A stretch of DNA of 64,000 nucleotides, taken from positions 119,297 through 183,296 of the forward strand of contig CAWEOA010000001.1 of the NCBI GenBank assembly GCA_963810615.1. The letters are read 5' to 3'. The stretch comes from an uncultured Gammaproteobacteria bacterium. Lineage in GTDB: Bacteria; Pseudomonadota; Gammaproteobacteria; DRLM01. Under the pieces are notes generated by a model that searched no databases, was not told where the DNA came from, and was given only the letters and a program-made list of their open reading frames with translations. Shown here piece after piece: positions 1-9,933 of the stretch (its first letter is position 1; each line of letters opens with the position of its first letter). A program made the translations under genes and the position numbers.

Positions 1-114
1 GCTGGGCAGGTCGAGCATCTGATGAGTGTAGGCGTTGACCAGGCGCGCGCTGTTCTCGGCGCGTTCGATGTAGCGTGCGATCCAATAGATGCGTTCCGCC
101 ACCCTCGACAGCAT
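1..114 (-). CDS. alpha-E domain protein (DUF403), 5' part; runs off window
   Basis: Manual translation MLSRVAERIYWIARYIERAENSARLVNAY has the alpha-E 'YxERAEN' motif; ATG overlaps the upstream stop (TAATG). Confidence 0.9.
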   Translation of the reverse strand, partial: MLSRVAERIYWIARYIERAENSARLVNAYTHQMLDLPS

Positions 115-1565
115 TACGCCGCCTCCGTGTTGACGATCCAGGTATCTTTGCTGCCGCCGCCCTGGGAGGAATTCACTACCGTCGAACCCTTGCGCAACGC
201 CACGCGGGTGAGTCCGCCGGGTGTTACGTACATCCGTTCTCCTTGGAGAACGAAGGGCCGCAGGTCGACGTGGCGCGGCTCGATGCAGTCGCCGCACATG
301 GTCGGTACGGTGGAGAGCTTGAGCATGGGTTGCGCGATATAGTTGCGCGGGTCGGCCTTGATGCGCCGCGCGAACTCCTCCAGTTCGCGCTTACCGGCGG
401 TGGGGCCGATGAGCATACCGTAGCCGCCGGATTCGTTGGCGGGCTTGACCACCAGTTTGTCCAGGTTATTGAGTACATAATCGCGCTCGGCTTTGTCGAG
501 ACAGACATAAGTGGGCACATTGGGGATGATGGGATCTTCGTCCAGATAATATTTGATGATCTTGGGCACGAAGGCGTAGACCGCCTTGTCGTCCGCCACC
601 CCCGCCCCCGGCGCGTTGGCCAGTCCCACATTGCCCTTGCGCCAGGCGCGCATCAGCCCCGGCACCCCCAGGGTCGAATCCTCGTTAAAGACCTCAGGGT
701 CGAGAAACAGATCGTCGATGCGGCGATAGATGACATCCACGCGCTGCAGGCCATCGATGGTGCTCATATACACGCAATCGTCGTCGCCCACCACCAGGTC
801 CGAGCCTTCCACCAGTTCCACGCCCATCTGTTGCGCCAGGAAGGAATGTTCGAAATAGGCCGAGTTATAGATGCCCGGGGTCATGACCACGATCTCGGGA
901 AACATATCGAGGCTGGGCGCGATGGAGGCCAGCATGTCGAACAGGTGATTGGGATAATCCGCCAACGGTTGGATGCTGTGATCCTCGAATAATTCGCCGA
1001 ACACCTGCTTGGTGAGGACGCGATTTTCCAGCATATACGACACGCCGGAGGGGACGCGCAGATTATCCTCCAGAACATAAAAGCTGCCTTGGTCGTCGCG
1101 CACCAGGTCGCTGCCGCAGATATGCGCCCACACGCCGTGTCGCGGCCGGATGCCGATGCACTCGTGGCGGAAATTTTTCGAATTGGCCAATAACTCGGCG
1201 GGGAATACGCCGTCGCGAACGATGCGTTGTTCGCCGTAAAGATCGCCGATGAATAAGTTGAGGGCCTGTACGCGCTGGCGCAAGCCCGCCGCGGTGCTCG
1301 CCCACTCCTTGGCGGCGATGATGCGCGGAATGATGTCGAAGGGCCAGGCGCGATCGATATTGCCGGCTTCACTGTAGACCGTGAAGGTGATGCCCATCTT
1401 GACGATGGCGGCTTCGGCCGCCTGTTGACGGGCGCGGATCTCCTCGCTGCTGAGTGCCTGCAGATGTTTGACCATGTCCTGTGCCAGGGCGCGTGGTCGT
1501 CCGGGCGAGGCTATCATCTCGTCATAAAAACCCTTGGCGTCGTAACGTGTCCAATCGATGCTCAT
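114..1565 (-). CDS. circularly permuted type 2 ATP-grasp protein (DUF404/DUF407)
   Basis: Motifs VLEDNLRVPSGVSY, NSAYFEHSFLA, YRRIDDLFLDP, VVNSSQGGGSKDTW. Confidence 0.95.
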   Translation of the reverse strand: MSIDWTRYDAKGFYDEMIASPGRPRALAQDMVKHLQALSSEEIRARQQAAEAAIVKMGITFTVYSEAGNIDRAWPFDIIPRIIAAKEWASTAAGLRQRVQALNLFIGDLYGEQRIVRDGVFPAELLANSKNFRHECIGIRPRHGVWAHICGSDLVRDDQGSFYVLEDNLRVPSGVSYMLENRVLTKQVFGELFEDHSIQPLADYPNHLFDMLASIAPSLDMFPEIVVMTPGIYNSAYFEHSFLAQQMGVELVEGSDLVVGDDDCVYMSTIDGLQRVDVIYRRIDDLFLDPEVFNEDSTLGVPGLMRAWRKGNVGLANAPGAGVADDKAVYAFVPKIIKYYLDEDPIIPNVPTYVCLDKAERDYVLNNLDKLVVKPANESGGYGMLIGPTAGKRELEEFARRIKADPRNYIAQPMLKLSTVPTMCGDCIEPRHVDLRPFVLQGERMYVTPGGLTRVALRKGSTVVNSSQGGGSKDTWIVNTEAA

Positions 1566-1604
1566 GGTGTCATCACCCGCCGTTGCGATATATGTGGAGT
1601 TTAA

Positions 1605-1621
1605 AGCAGCCTCCGTGCCAA
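1605..1621 (-). promoter_or_regulatory. sigma54 (-24/-12) promoter of ATP-grasp operon
   Basis: Minus strand TTGGCACGGAGGCTGCT fits TGGCACG-N4-TTGCW, about 40 bp upstream of the ATG. Confidence 0.8.
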
Positions 1622-1728
1622 GCTTCGACTTGGCCGTCGCGGCGAGTGGGAAAGCCTTTGATGTTTAAGAGTGCGCTGCGTTAAATAATTATTTAAGGTG
1701 CCGGCGGGGCATGGCCAGTCGCGTCGCA

Positions 1729-1786
1729 TGTTCCATGCCGGTGCAAGGCGCGCGCAGCGCAGTCGTGTCCGCACTATGTTGATGCG
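1729..1786. promoter_or_regulatory. two NtrC-like enhancer boxes
   Basis: TGTTCCATGCCGGTGCA (1729-1745) and CGCACTATGTTGATGCG (1770-1786) resemble TGCACCA-N3-TGGTGCA, at enhancer distance from the sigma54 site. Confidence 0.6.
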
Positions 1787-1940
1787 TTCGTCTTAAGTAG
1801 ATTTAATTAAAGATGATTTGTAGTGGGTCCGTACCGCGCTTTGTCTTGCACTGCACCGGCCACACTCTTCATGGCGCTTGAGTCGCACGAACCTCCGGCC
1901 GCACCCTTTGAGCGGGCGCGGCCTGTTGACTGAGATCCGC

Positions 1941-2183
1941 TTAACAGGCGATGCCGATTTCCTGCAGCATATGCGCGCTGTCATCCGCTTTGAGATCGAT
2001 GACGACTTCGTCGCCGATCACCAGGAAGTCAGGCTTTATCCTGCTGAGGCCTTCATGCAGTTCCGCATTAGTGTGGACTTGCAAGGTCATGACGCCGTAG
2101 CCGCTGTCACGCAGCGCCTGGGCAAGTAGGGTGGTACGTTCACTGGAGTCATCTACGATCACGATCTGCTGGTACATGGTCAT
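1941..2183 (-). CDS. small NasT-like pseudo-receiver protein lacking ANTAR domain (80 aa)
   Basis: IVIVDDSSERTTLLAQALRDSGYGV...IKPDFLVI resembles the NasT N-terminus; GGAGG RBS before the ATG at 2183. Confidence 0.6.
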   Translation of the reverse strand: MTMYQQIVIVDDSSERTTLLAQALRDSGYGVMTLQVHTNAELHEGLSRIKPDFLVIGDEVVIDLKADDSAHMLQEIGIAC

Positions 2184-2214
2184 GCCCTCCGCATGTCGCT
2201 GACATGGATTCGAT

Positions 2215-2230
2215 TGCAAGGCCGATGCCA
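2215..2230 (-). promoter_or_regulatory. sigma54 promoter
   Basis: Minus strand TGGCATCGGCCTTGCA, near-consensus, 31 bp upstream of the ATG at 2183. Confidence 0.8.
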
Positions 2231-2318
2231 TGAGAGGTTTTTGCGGCTTGGAGCTTGAAAATATCTTAAGCATCAATCAAATATGGTCTTGTCGGTTCAG
2301 ACCGGCCCTCGCAAATTG

Positions 2319-2365
2319 CGCACTGAAAATGTGGATCTGTTGCGGGGGCGTACTATCGTGGTGCG
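2319..2365. promoter_or_regulatory. possible NtrC-like boxes
   Basis: CGCACTGAAAATGTGGA (2319-2335) and CGTACTATCGTGGTGCG (2349-2365). Confidence 0.45.
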
Positions 2366-2441
2366 TACCCGCTCGCCGCGGCGGCAGGGATCCGGTATAT
2401 TTTTCATCCGATAAGTCACTTGCACGGCTGGGGCTGAGTTT

Positions 2442-3209
2442 ATGGAGGACAGTAATTTATATAGCCGCGTACGTGAGTTGCTTGGTCAAGAGGCGCGTTT
2501 GTTCGCCGCCTGCTCGAGCAGTGGGCGGATGGTGGCGTGGCCGGGGGTAATAGCCTCGCTGGTGGCCGTCGCACCGGATCGTTCCATGTTCAATTGGGTG
2601 GTGTACGAGCGAGTGGAGGCCTTGTTGGCCCATTACCCCGCCATTGCCCGGACCTATGAGGATGCCGGTGTGCGGGCATGGACTGTGTGGAGTGATCCTG
2701 GGGATACCGACGCCGCGGAGGCCTTGAGCAAACGCGGCCATCTATTGGATTCCCAGCCGGTGGCCATGGCCGCAGAGATCACGGAGCTTACGCTCCCGGA
2801 GACAGGCGGTCTCGACTGGATAGAAACCCGGGATATGGGCCTGGTGGGCCGCATCAACGACAGCGCCTATGGTTTTCCGCCGCCCGCCTTTGAGGCGGTA
2901 CTGGACCATTGGGCCGAGACGCGCTGGCGTGCCTACATCGCCTCTCTCAACGGCATTCCCGTGGGCTCAGTACTCGCTCACTTCGGTGCGAATGGTGATT
3001 GCGGGATTTCGGGGGTCGCCACTCTGCCCGAGGCGCGTGGTCATGGCATCGCGACACGGCTGTTGGCGGCGGTACTGGGCGAGGCGCAAAGACTCGGCAT
3101 GGTCACCACCTCGCTTCAGGCGAGTCCATCGGGGGCCAAGGTGTACGCTGCGCTGGGGTATTGCAACTTAGGTATCATGGGGATGTGGGAAAGACGCAAG
3201 ATCGTATAA
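2442..3209 (+). CDS. GNAT family N-acetyltransferase
   Basis: Acetyl-CoA motif VATLPEARGHGIA and LQASPSGAKVYAALGY. Confidence 0.9.
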   Translation: MEDSNLYSRVRELLGQEARLFAACSSSGRMVAWPGVIASLVAVAPDRSMFNWVVYERVEALLAHYPAIARTYEDAGVRAWTVWSDPGDTDAAEALSKRGHLLDSQPVAMAAEITELTLPETGGLDWIETRDMGLVGRINDSAYGFPPPAFEAVLDHWAETRWRAYIASLNGIPVGSVLAHFGANGDCGISGVATLPEARGHGIATRLLAAVLGEAQRLGMVTTSLQASPSGAKVYAALGYCNLGIMGMWERRKIV

Positions 3210-3318
3210 CGCCCTGGTGGCAGGGGGCGGCAGACGAGCGTTGGGAATAATCGTGATTCGATCCGGAGCCACGCCGGTATTGATAGAACATTTCTTTGGA
3301 AACGGCAGATATTAAGCC

Positions 3319-3714
3319 ATGAACTCTAGACTTATGATCGGCATGGTATTGCTCGCCGCGGGTGTATTCATGCCCGGCTGCGGTAAGCAAGTGTCAAATC
3401 CCAATACTTTAAGCGCCGGGGAGGATGCGCACCTGTTCAAGCTGGCGCAATTGAACGGCTGTATTGAATGCCATACCGTCACCTCCACATCGATCGGACC
3501 GTCATGGATGGCCGTTGCCGAGCGTTATAAGGAGGCACCTCGCGCCGAGACGCGGGCGCTGTTGATCAATAGCGTGATGAACGGCAGCAAAGGTAAGTGG
3601 ATTACCTGGCGGGGGGATGATGGCATGCCTCCCTTGGGAAAGCGTGTCGTCAAGGGGGATGTGGAGGAATTGGTGGATTTCATCCTGTCTTTGAATCGCC
3701 AGGGCAATGGCTAA
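3319..3714 (+). CDS. monoheme c-type cytochrome (c551/c552-like), probable lipoprotein
   Basis: Signal peptide ending MPGC, CIECH heme motif, IGPSW, distal MPP. Confidence 0.85.
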   Translation: MNSRLMIGMVLLAAGVFMPGCGKQVSNPNTLSAGEDAHLFKLAQLNGCIECHTVTSTSIGPSWMAVAERYKEAPRAETRALLINSVMNGSKGKWITWRGDDGMPPLGKRVVKGDVEELVDFILSLNRQGNG

Positions 3715-3772
3715 GGTATAGAACGCCCCGCTTGTGTGGCGCTGTCATCCGCAAAAGCGCAAAGGATCCGAT

Positions 3773-4372
3773 TTGACCAAACCCTATTCAGAGGCCTGCG
3801 AACGCAACCGCGAGCCGATATTGTCGGTGATTCGGCCCATATTGAGCGGCTGCCGGACGGTGCTGGAGGTCGGCAGCGGTACGGGACAGCATGCGGTGTT
3901 TTTCGCCGAGGGCATGCCGCATTTGCTGTGGTATCCCAGCGATCGCGAAGAACATCACGCCGGCATTGAGCTGTGGCTCGCCGAGGCCGCCCTCGCAAAT
4001 GTGCGGACGCCGTTGCTATTGGATGTCGGCCAAGCCGCCTGGCCAGAGGTGGTCGTGGATGCGGTTTTCTCGGCCAATACCGCGCACATCATGCATTGGC
4101 ACGAAGTAGAGGCCCTGTTTGCCGGCATCGGTAGATTATTGCCCGAGCAGGGCGTGTTTCTGCTGTATGGACCCTTCAACTATGAGCAGGCCTATACCTG
4201 CGAAAGTAATGAGCGCTTTGACGGCTGGCTGAAGGCGCGTGATCCCCTCAGCGGTATTCGCGGCTTTGAGGATGTGGATCGCCTGGCGCAGCAGGCGGGC
4301 ATGGTGTTGCGGGGGGATTTTGCCATGCCGGCCAATAACCGCTTACTGTTTTGGCAAAAACAAGCGGGGTAA
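3773..4372 (+). CDS. DUF938 family SAM-dependent methyltransferase
   Basis: ACERNREPIL, VLEVGSGTGQHA, YGPF, MPANN motifs; start (TTG) uncertain. Confidence 0.9.
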   Translation: MTKPYSEACERNREPILSVIRPILSGCRTVLEVGSGTGQHAVFFAEGMPHLLWYPSDREEHHAGIELWLAEAALANVRTPLLLDVGQAAWPEVVVDAVFSANTAHIMHWHEVEALFAGIGRLLPEQGVFLLYGPFNYEQAYTCESNERFDGWLKARDPLSGIRGFEDVDRLAQQAGMVLRGDFAMPANNRLLFWQKQAG

Positions 4373-4392
4373 CCAGCGGGGAGCGGTGCTGC

Positions 4393-5145
4393 ATGAGCGA
4401 GGGTGGTGGATATAGTTTAAGCGGACGCCGGCAGCAGGGTCTGTTGTTAGGGCCGTTACTGTTTTGCTTGTTGTTGCTGTTCCCGGTTCCCGCCGGCATG
4501 CCGCCCTTGGCTATGAAGGTGGCGGCGGTGACGGTGTTGATGGCGGTGTGGTGGATCATGGAGGCGATACCCATGGCGGCCACGGCCTTGCTGCCCATCG
4601 CCCTGTTTCCGCTGCTGGGCGTGATGCCCACCGCCAAGGTGACCGAATCCTATGCCAATCATCTGATCTATTTGTTCATGGGCGGCTTTCTCATTGCGGC
4701 GGCCATCGAGAAATGGCAGCTGCATAAGCGTATCGCCTTGCACACGGTCAGCCTGGTCGGGGTCTCGCCCAAGCGCATCGTGTTGGGTTTCATGCTGGCG
4801 ACCGGCTTCCTGTCGTGGTGGATCAGCAATACGGCGGCGGCCATGATGATGGTCACCATCGGCGTCGCCTTGCTGCATCAACTGAGCGGTGGCGATGGAG
4901 CAATAGCGGACTCTGACGAGGCCGGTCGTTCCAATTTCGGCACGGCGTTGATGTTGGGCATCGCCTATGCAGCCTCCATCGGCGGGGTGGCGACACTGAT
5001 CGGCACGCCGCCCAACGCCATTGTGTTCTGCAGTCGCCAGGTCACCATACCGCAAATGGTGCGGGCGGGGTTGTGGCTGAATCTGTTCGGGACGCTGTTG
5101 ATTACCTTGTTCGTGACCGCTTTTTACAAACAGATTGCGTCCTGA
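4393..5145 (+). pseudogene. SLC13/DASS anion transporter with large in-frame internal deletion
   Basis: N-half motifs (WISNTA, YAASIGG..TLIGTPPNAI) are fused directly to the C-terminal (TPPNAI)VF..QMVRAG segment; about 250 aa, roughly half the usual length. Confidence 0.75.
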
Positions 5146-6376
5146 GCAAAAGAATGTGCCCATTAGAAAGGAGACGATCATAGAACCTTCGTTATCACAA
5201 CCAGTACGTGCCTCAAAGCCGTCCGGTCCGGCCTTGTTCCGCTTGGGGTTTCGACCTTTTTTTCTGTTGGCGGGGATTGCCGCCGTGGTGCTGATGGCGA
5301 TTTGGCTGCTGGGCTATACCAAACGTGATCCACTGCTGACCTATTACGGATCAAGTGGTTGGCATGCGCACGAGATGCTGTTTGGTTATGTGGTGGCGGT
5401 GATTGCGGGCTTTCTGCTGACTGCGGTGCGTAATTGGACGGAAAGCGCTCCCCTGCGGGGAATACCGCTGGCCGCCTTGAGTTCATTGTGGCTGGCGGGA
5501 CGAATCCTGCCCTTGTTTCTGGGTGTTCCTCCCTGGTTGGTGGCCGCGGTCGACCTGGCCTTTTTGCCGATACTGGCGCTGATATTGGCAATTCCCCTGC
5601 TGCGTGCTGGCCAAAAAAGAAATTTGTTCATCCCCGTGCTGCTGCTGGTATTGATGGTGGCCAATGCCTTGGTCCACATGGAGTGGCTGGGTTATGCGAT
5701 GGATAGCGCACGTCTCGGTGTAGTGCTGGCAATCTATACTCTGGTATTGCTGATTACGGCGATTGCCGGCCGGGTAATTCCGTTTTTCATTGAAAGCGCA
5801 CTGCCCAAGGTGAAGATACAGCCGCGACCGCTAATAGGATATATGTGCATCATGACGGTGATTATCCTGGCCTTGGCCGACTTGTTTTCGCCCTCGGCCC
5901 AGATAGTGGTGATATGTGCACTGGCGGCAGCGCTGGTGCATGCGTGGCGTTTGAGCGGCTGGGTGGTGCGGCCCGCCCTGACGCAACCCTTGTTGTGGAT
6001 ATTGTTGGCGGGTTATGCCTGGCTGGTCGTGGGCTTCACGCTGCTTGCGGTCGCTTATAGCGGATTTATTTCGACCATGATCGCCTTTCATGCCCTGATG
6101 GTGGGCGGCATCGGGGTGATGACTCTCGGCATGATGGCGCGGGTGACACTGGGTCACAGCGGACGTCCGTTGCGCGCCCCGCCGCTGGTGACCCTGGCCT
6201 TCATCCTGGTGAACATTGCCGCGGCCGTGCGCGTCGCAGGACCGTTGTTGACCCTGCGTTACACGAAGGCGGTGATCGGCGCCGCCGGTGCCTTATGGAT
6301 CACGGGTTTCGTGTTATTTTTGCTGGTGTACGCACCAATGCTTATTCAGGCCCGTATCGACGACCGCCCCGGTTGA
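5135..6376 (+). CDS. nnrS: NnrS family protein
   Basis: LGFRPFFL, WHAHEMLFGY, GFLLTAVRNWT, GRVIPFF, RVTLGHSGRPL; start uncertain. Confidence 0.93.
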   Translation: MRPEQKNVPIRKETIIEPSLSQPVRASKPSGPALFRLGFRPFFLLAGIAAVVLMAIWLLGYTKRDPLLTYYGSSGWHAHEMLFGYVVAVIAGFLLTAVRNWTESAPLRGIPLAALSSLWLAGRILPLFLGVPPWLVAAVDLAFLPILALILAIPLLRAGQKRNLFIPVLLLVLMVANALVHMEWLGYAMDSARLGVVLAIYTLVLLITAIAGRVIPFFIESALPKVKIQPRPLIGYMCIMTVIILALADLFSPSAQIVVICALAAALVHAWRLSGWVVRPALTQPLLWILLAGYAWLVVGFTLLAVAYSGFISTMIAFHALMVGGIGVMTLGMMARVTLGHSGRPLRAPPLVTLAFILVNIAAAVRVAGPLLTLRYTKAVIGAAGALWITGFVLFLLVYAPMLIQARIDDRPG

Positions 6377-6467
6377 TCGCAGTAGCGGCGCAGCGTGGTG
6401 ATTGCTGGGGAGCGGGTGTGAATCGAGGACGAGTCAGGGGGATGTCTCCAAATGTGGGGAGATAGAT

Positions 6468-7691
6468 ATGAAAGCATCGCTGATATCCGGGATGGCCAAG
6501 CTAGGACTGGCAACTGTAGTGTGCTGCGTAACGGTGGTGGCGCAGGCGGCTACTCAGCCGCTGACTTACCATGAGCAAGTCCTGGTCCTTGATGGCGAGC
6601 GTCGCAGCGTGCGGGTGCCCGACGGATTTGAATTGGAGTCATTGACAGCGGCGCTGGATGGTCCGCGTTTATTGACGTTTTCCGCCAATGGCGATCTGTT
6701 CATCGGCTCGAAGTCCGGCCGGATCTATCGCCTGCCACCTCCCTATACATCACCCACGGTATTGGTAACGCTGGACGACTATCCCCACAGCGTGGCATTT
6801 CGTAACAACGAGATATTCATCGCGCGGACCGACGGTTTATATCGTGCCCCCTATCGGCCGGGGCAACAAGGCCTGGATCCCACCGCTGTGACATTGTTGG
6901 CCGCGCTGCCCGGCGGCAACGGCCATAACAGTCGTACGGTGGCGGTGGGGCCGGACGGGCGGGTGTATTTAAGCCTGGGTATCAGCCACAATTGCAGCGA
7001 CCAATATCTCGATGCCAGTTATCCGCCGGACGATCGGCGCGGCGGGATCATGGTATTGGATGAAGACGGCGGTAAGGCCACGTGGCGCCCCTATGCAACA
7101 GGGCTGCGCAATCCCGTGGGCTTCGCCTGGCAGCCGCATAGCGGTGTGCTCTACGCCAGCAATAACGGGCCGGATCACTGGGGGTTTGATCTGCCGCCGG
7201 AATATTTCAGCCGTATCGATGCCGGCTCGTTTCACGGCATGCCGTGGTTTCAATATGACGGCCATCGCCTGCAACGGGATAAATGCGTAAAGAGCGCGCC
7301 GCCGCGCCCCCTGCGGGAGGTGACGGTACCGGTGGCGACCTTTCCCGCCCGCAATGCGCCGATGGGAGTGACTTTTGTCCCGGCAGGAGCTTTGAGCAAA
7401 GCATTGGAAGGGGACGCCGTCGTGGCCTTGCACGGCTCCTGGGCGACGCGGCCCAGCGGAGGATTTTTTGGGGACGGAGCCACTCGGCGACCGCCGAAGA
7501 TTGTCGCGGTGCGCTTCAAAGGCGAGCGGGCGCAACGCGTCGATGACCTGATCAGCGGTTTTCAGCTGACGGACGGCAAACGGTGGGCGCGGCCGGTGGG
7601 TGTGGCCATCGGGCCGGACGGCGCCTTGTATTTCACCAGCGATAGCGGAGTCAATGGCCTGTTTCGTTTAAGGCGCGAGCAAGGTCATTAA
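6468..7691 (+). CDS. PQQ-dependent sugar/sorbosone dehydrogenase family beta-propeller, exported
   Basis: Signal peptide; GLRNPVG, ALHGSW, RPVGVAIGPDGALYFTSD. Confidence 0.85.
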   Translation: MKASLISGMAKLGLATVVCCVTVVAQAATQPLTYHEQVLVLDGERRSVRVPDGFELESLTAALDGPRLLTFSANGDLFIGSKSGRIYRLPPPYTSPTVLVTLDDYPHSVAFRNNEIFIARTDGLYRAPYRPGQQGLDPTAVTLLAALPGGNGHNSRTVAVGPDGRVYLSLGISHNCSDQYLDASYPPDDRRGGIMVLDEDGGKATWRPYATGLRNPVGFAWQPHSGVLYASNNGPDHWGFDLPPEYFSRIDAGSFHGMPWFQYDGHRLQRDKCVKSAPPRPLREVTVPVATFPARNAPMGVTFVPAGALSKALEGDAVVALHGSWATRPSGGFFGDGATRRPPKIVAVRFKGERAQRVDDLISGFQLTDGKRWARPVGVAIGPDGALYFTSDSGVNGLFRLRREQGH

Positions 7692-7819
7692 GCACCGCTA
7701 TTCCCATATGGAATACGGATACGCGGCAGGAATACGATTGGCGTTGTCCTGGCGGATACGACTACCGCATAATTGTGCGCAAGCTGCGGTTTACTCCTTG
7801 AAGCGGTATAGTCATCAGC

Positions 7820-8716
7820 ATGTCAGGAAATAAAACAGTCTCCTTGGTTCTGGGCAGCGGCGGAGCGCGCGGCATGGCCCATATCGGAATCATTGATGAA
7901 CTTGTACGCAACGGCTTTGAGATCAAGGCCATTTCCGGTTCGTCGATGGGTGCTTTGATCGGAGGCATTTACGCCATGGGTCAACTCGATGTCTATACCC
8001 GGTGGGTGACGGGCCTGGAACGTCGCGACGTTATTCGTTTACTGGATCTGACCTTTGCCCGTAGCGGCCTGATTAAGGGTGATCGTATCATTTCCGTGTT
8101 GAAGTCTTTGATAGGCGATGCCAACATCGAAGACTTGCCGATTCGATTCACCGCTGTGGCAACCGAAGTCGAGGATGAAAAAGAGGTGTGGTTTAATCAT
8201 GGTTCATTGTTCGACGCGATTCGAGCCTCGATCTCCATCCCCACGGTGTTTACTCCCCACCATTATTGCGGTAAACACTTCCTGGACGGCGGCTTAATCA
8301 ATCCTATCCCCATCGCGCCGACCCTCGAGGATGAAACGGATCTGACCATCGCGGTCAATCTGAGCGGCAAGCCGGAGAAAGCGGTTGAGATCAAGCCTCC
8401 GGCGTCAAAAGATAATAATCAGCAGCGCAACAGTTATCAGATACGCATCGCCCAATTTATCGATGAGCTTAAGCTGCGTTTTGATAGGCAGCCGGAAGGT
8501 GCATTGGGCGTATTGGATGTGATTATCAAATCCATGAATATCATGGAAAACACGCTGGCGGAAACACAGCTCATTACTTACTCGCCGGATATCATCATAG
8601 AAATTCCAAGAAATGTCTGTAATTTCTATGAGTTTCACCGCGCCCGGGAGATGATAGATGTCGGGCGGAAAAAAACTAAGGCAGTTTTAGCGCACTATGC
8701 AAAACAGCATGCATAG
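7820..8716 (+). CDS. patatin-like phospholipase (RssA-like)
   Basis: LGSGGARGMAHIG, GSSMG, DGG motifs. Confidence 0.93.
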   Translation: MSGNKTVSLVLGSGGARGMAHIGIIDELVRNGFEIKAISGSSMGALIGGIYAMGQLDVYTRWVTGLERRDVIRLLDLTFARSGLIKGDRIISVLKSLIGDANIEDLPIRFTAVATEVEDEKEVWFNHGSLFDAIRASISIPTVFTPHHYCGKHFLDGGLINPIPIAPTLEDETDLTIAVNLSGKPEKAVEIKPPASKDNNQQRNSYQIRIAQFIDELKLRFDRQPEGALGVLDVIIKSMNIMENTLAETQLITYSPDIIIEIPRNVCNFYEFHRAREMIDVGRKKTKAVLAHYAKQHA

Positions 8717-8749
8717 CACTCATTACAATCAAGCTTCTTGCCGACGCTA

Positions 8750-9163
8750 ATGCTGAAGATCTCCAGGCAGATTTCGATCCCGGATAGTGAGATCCATATC
8801 GCTGCGGTGCGCGCGCAGGGCGCGGGAGGGCAGAATGTCAATAAGGTATCGTCCGCGGTTCATTTGCGCTTCGATATCAAGTCTTCATCTCTGCCCCCGG
8901 CCTATAAGGAGCGCTTGTCCGCGCTGCATGACAAGCGCATCACCGCCGAGGGGATCGTGGTAATAAAGGCGCAACAATACCGTAGTCTGGAAAAAAATCG
9001 GGAGCAGGCCTTGCTCAGGCTTCAAGCGCTCATCAAAAGAGTGGCCGTGATGCCAAAAAAACGAAAGCCTACCAAGCCGCCGCAGTCTTCCCGAAGACAG
9101 CGACTGGACGAGAAGGCTAAACGGGGACGAATCAAGACCCTTAGGGCCAAGATAAGCGAGTGA
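8750..9163 (+). CDS. arfB: alternative ribosome-rescue factor B
   Basis: GAGGQNVNK motif and basic C-terminal tail. Confidence 0.95.
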   Translation: MLKISRQISIPDSEIHIAAVRAQGAGGQNVNKVSSAVHLRFDIKSSSLPPAYKERLSALHDKRITAEGIVVIKAQQYRSLEKNREQALLRLQALIKRVAVMPKKRKPTKPPQSSRRQRLDEKAKRGRIKTLRAKISE

Positions 9164-9261
9164 CTCATAACGAAAGGGTGGATTGTATAAAATTGCGATG
9201 CCGTGCCGATGGTCTGGAAGCTTGGAGCTTGGTTCGTAAACTATGAACGGAAGGATAAAGT

Positions 9262-9930
9262 TTGAATATTCAGCTTGACGCTTATGAGGTCCGTGTCATC
9301 GGCAGCTTGATCGAAAAAGAGCATACTACGCCGGAGCAATATCCGCTCTCGCTCAATGCGCTCACCAATGCCTGCAATCAAAAGAGCAGTAGAGATCCGG
9401 TCATGGATCTGGATGAAGGGATGGTGCAAGAAACCGTGGACGGGTTGATTAAGAAGCGGTTGGTCAGCGAGAAAACCGGCTTCGGAAGCCGGGTAGTCAA
9501 ATATCAACATCGGTTTTGCAATACCGATTTCGGTGATTTGACATTCTCTGCGCAAGAATTGGGGATTATTTGTGTGCTGCTGTTGCGCGGGGCGCAGACG
9601 CCGGGTGAATTGCGGATTCGCAGCGAACGCTTATGCAAGTTTAGTGATGTGCAGGAGACCGAAGCCGTCCTTGAACGCCTGATGGAGCGTGAAGATGGGC
9701 CGTTTGTCGTGAGATTACCCCGTGAACTGGGAAAGCGTGAATCACGATACGCACATCTTTTCTGCGGTGATGTTGAGTTTTCGCCTCCGCTGGAAGGCTC
9801 GGATGGGTCAGGGCCGGCCTCACTTAGCGGTCATGACCGGCTTGGGCTTATGCAGAAGGATTTACAGGCCTTGCGTGACGAAATCGAAGAGATCAAGCGT
9901 CGACTCGATCTGATATCACCTGAACACTAG
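9262..9930 (+). CDS. yceH: YceH family protein (DUF480)
   Basis: [44 protein letters not shown]. Confidence 0.92.
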   Translation: MNIQLDAYEVRVIGSLIEKEHTTPEQYPLSLNALTNACNQKSSRDPVMDLDEGMVQETVDGLIKKRLVSEKTGFGSRVVKYQHRFCNTDFGDLTFSAQELGIICVLLLRGAQTPGELRIRSERLCKFSDVQETEAVLERLMEREDGPFVVRLPRELGKRESRYAHLFCGDVEFSPPLEGSDGSGPASLSGHDRLGLMQKDLQALRDEIEEIKRRLDLISPEH

Positions 9931-9933
9931 AAA

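Noticed and set aside
5133-5152. TTGCGTCCTGAGCAA as an NnrR/DNR box for nnrS
   Set aside because: Spacing is one base off and it overlaps coding sequence
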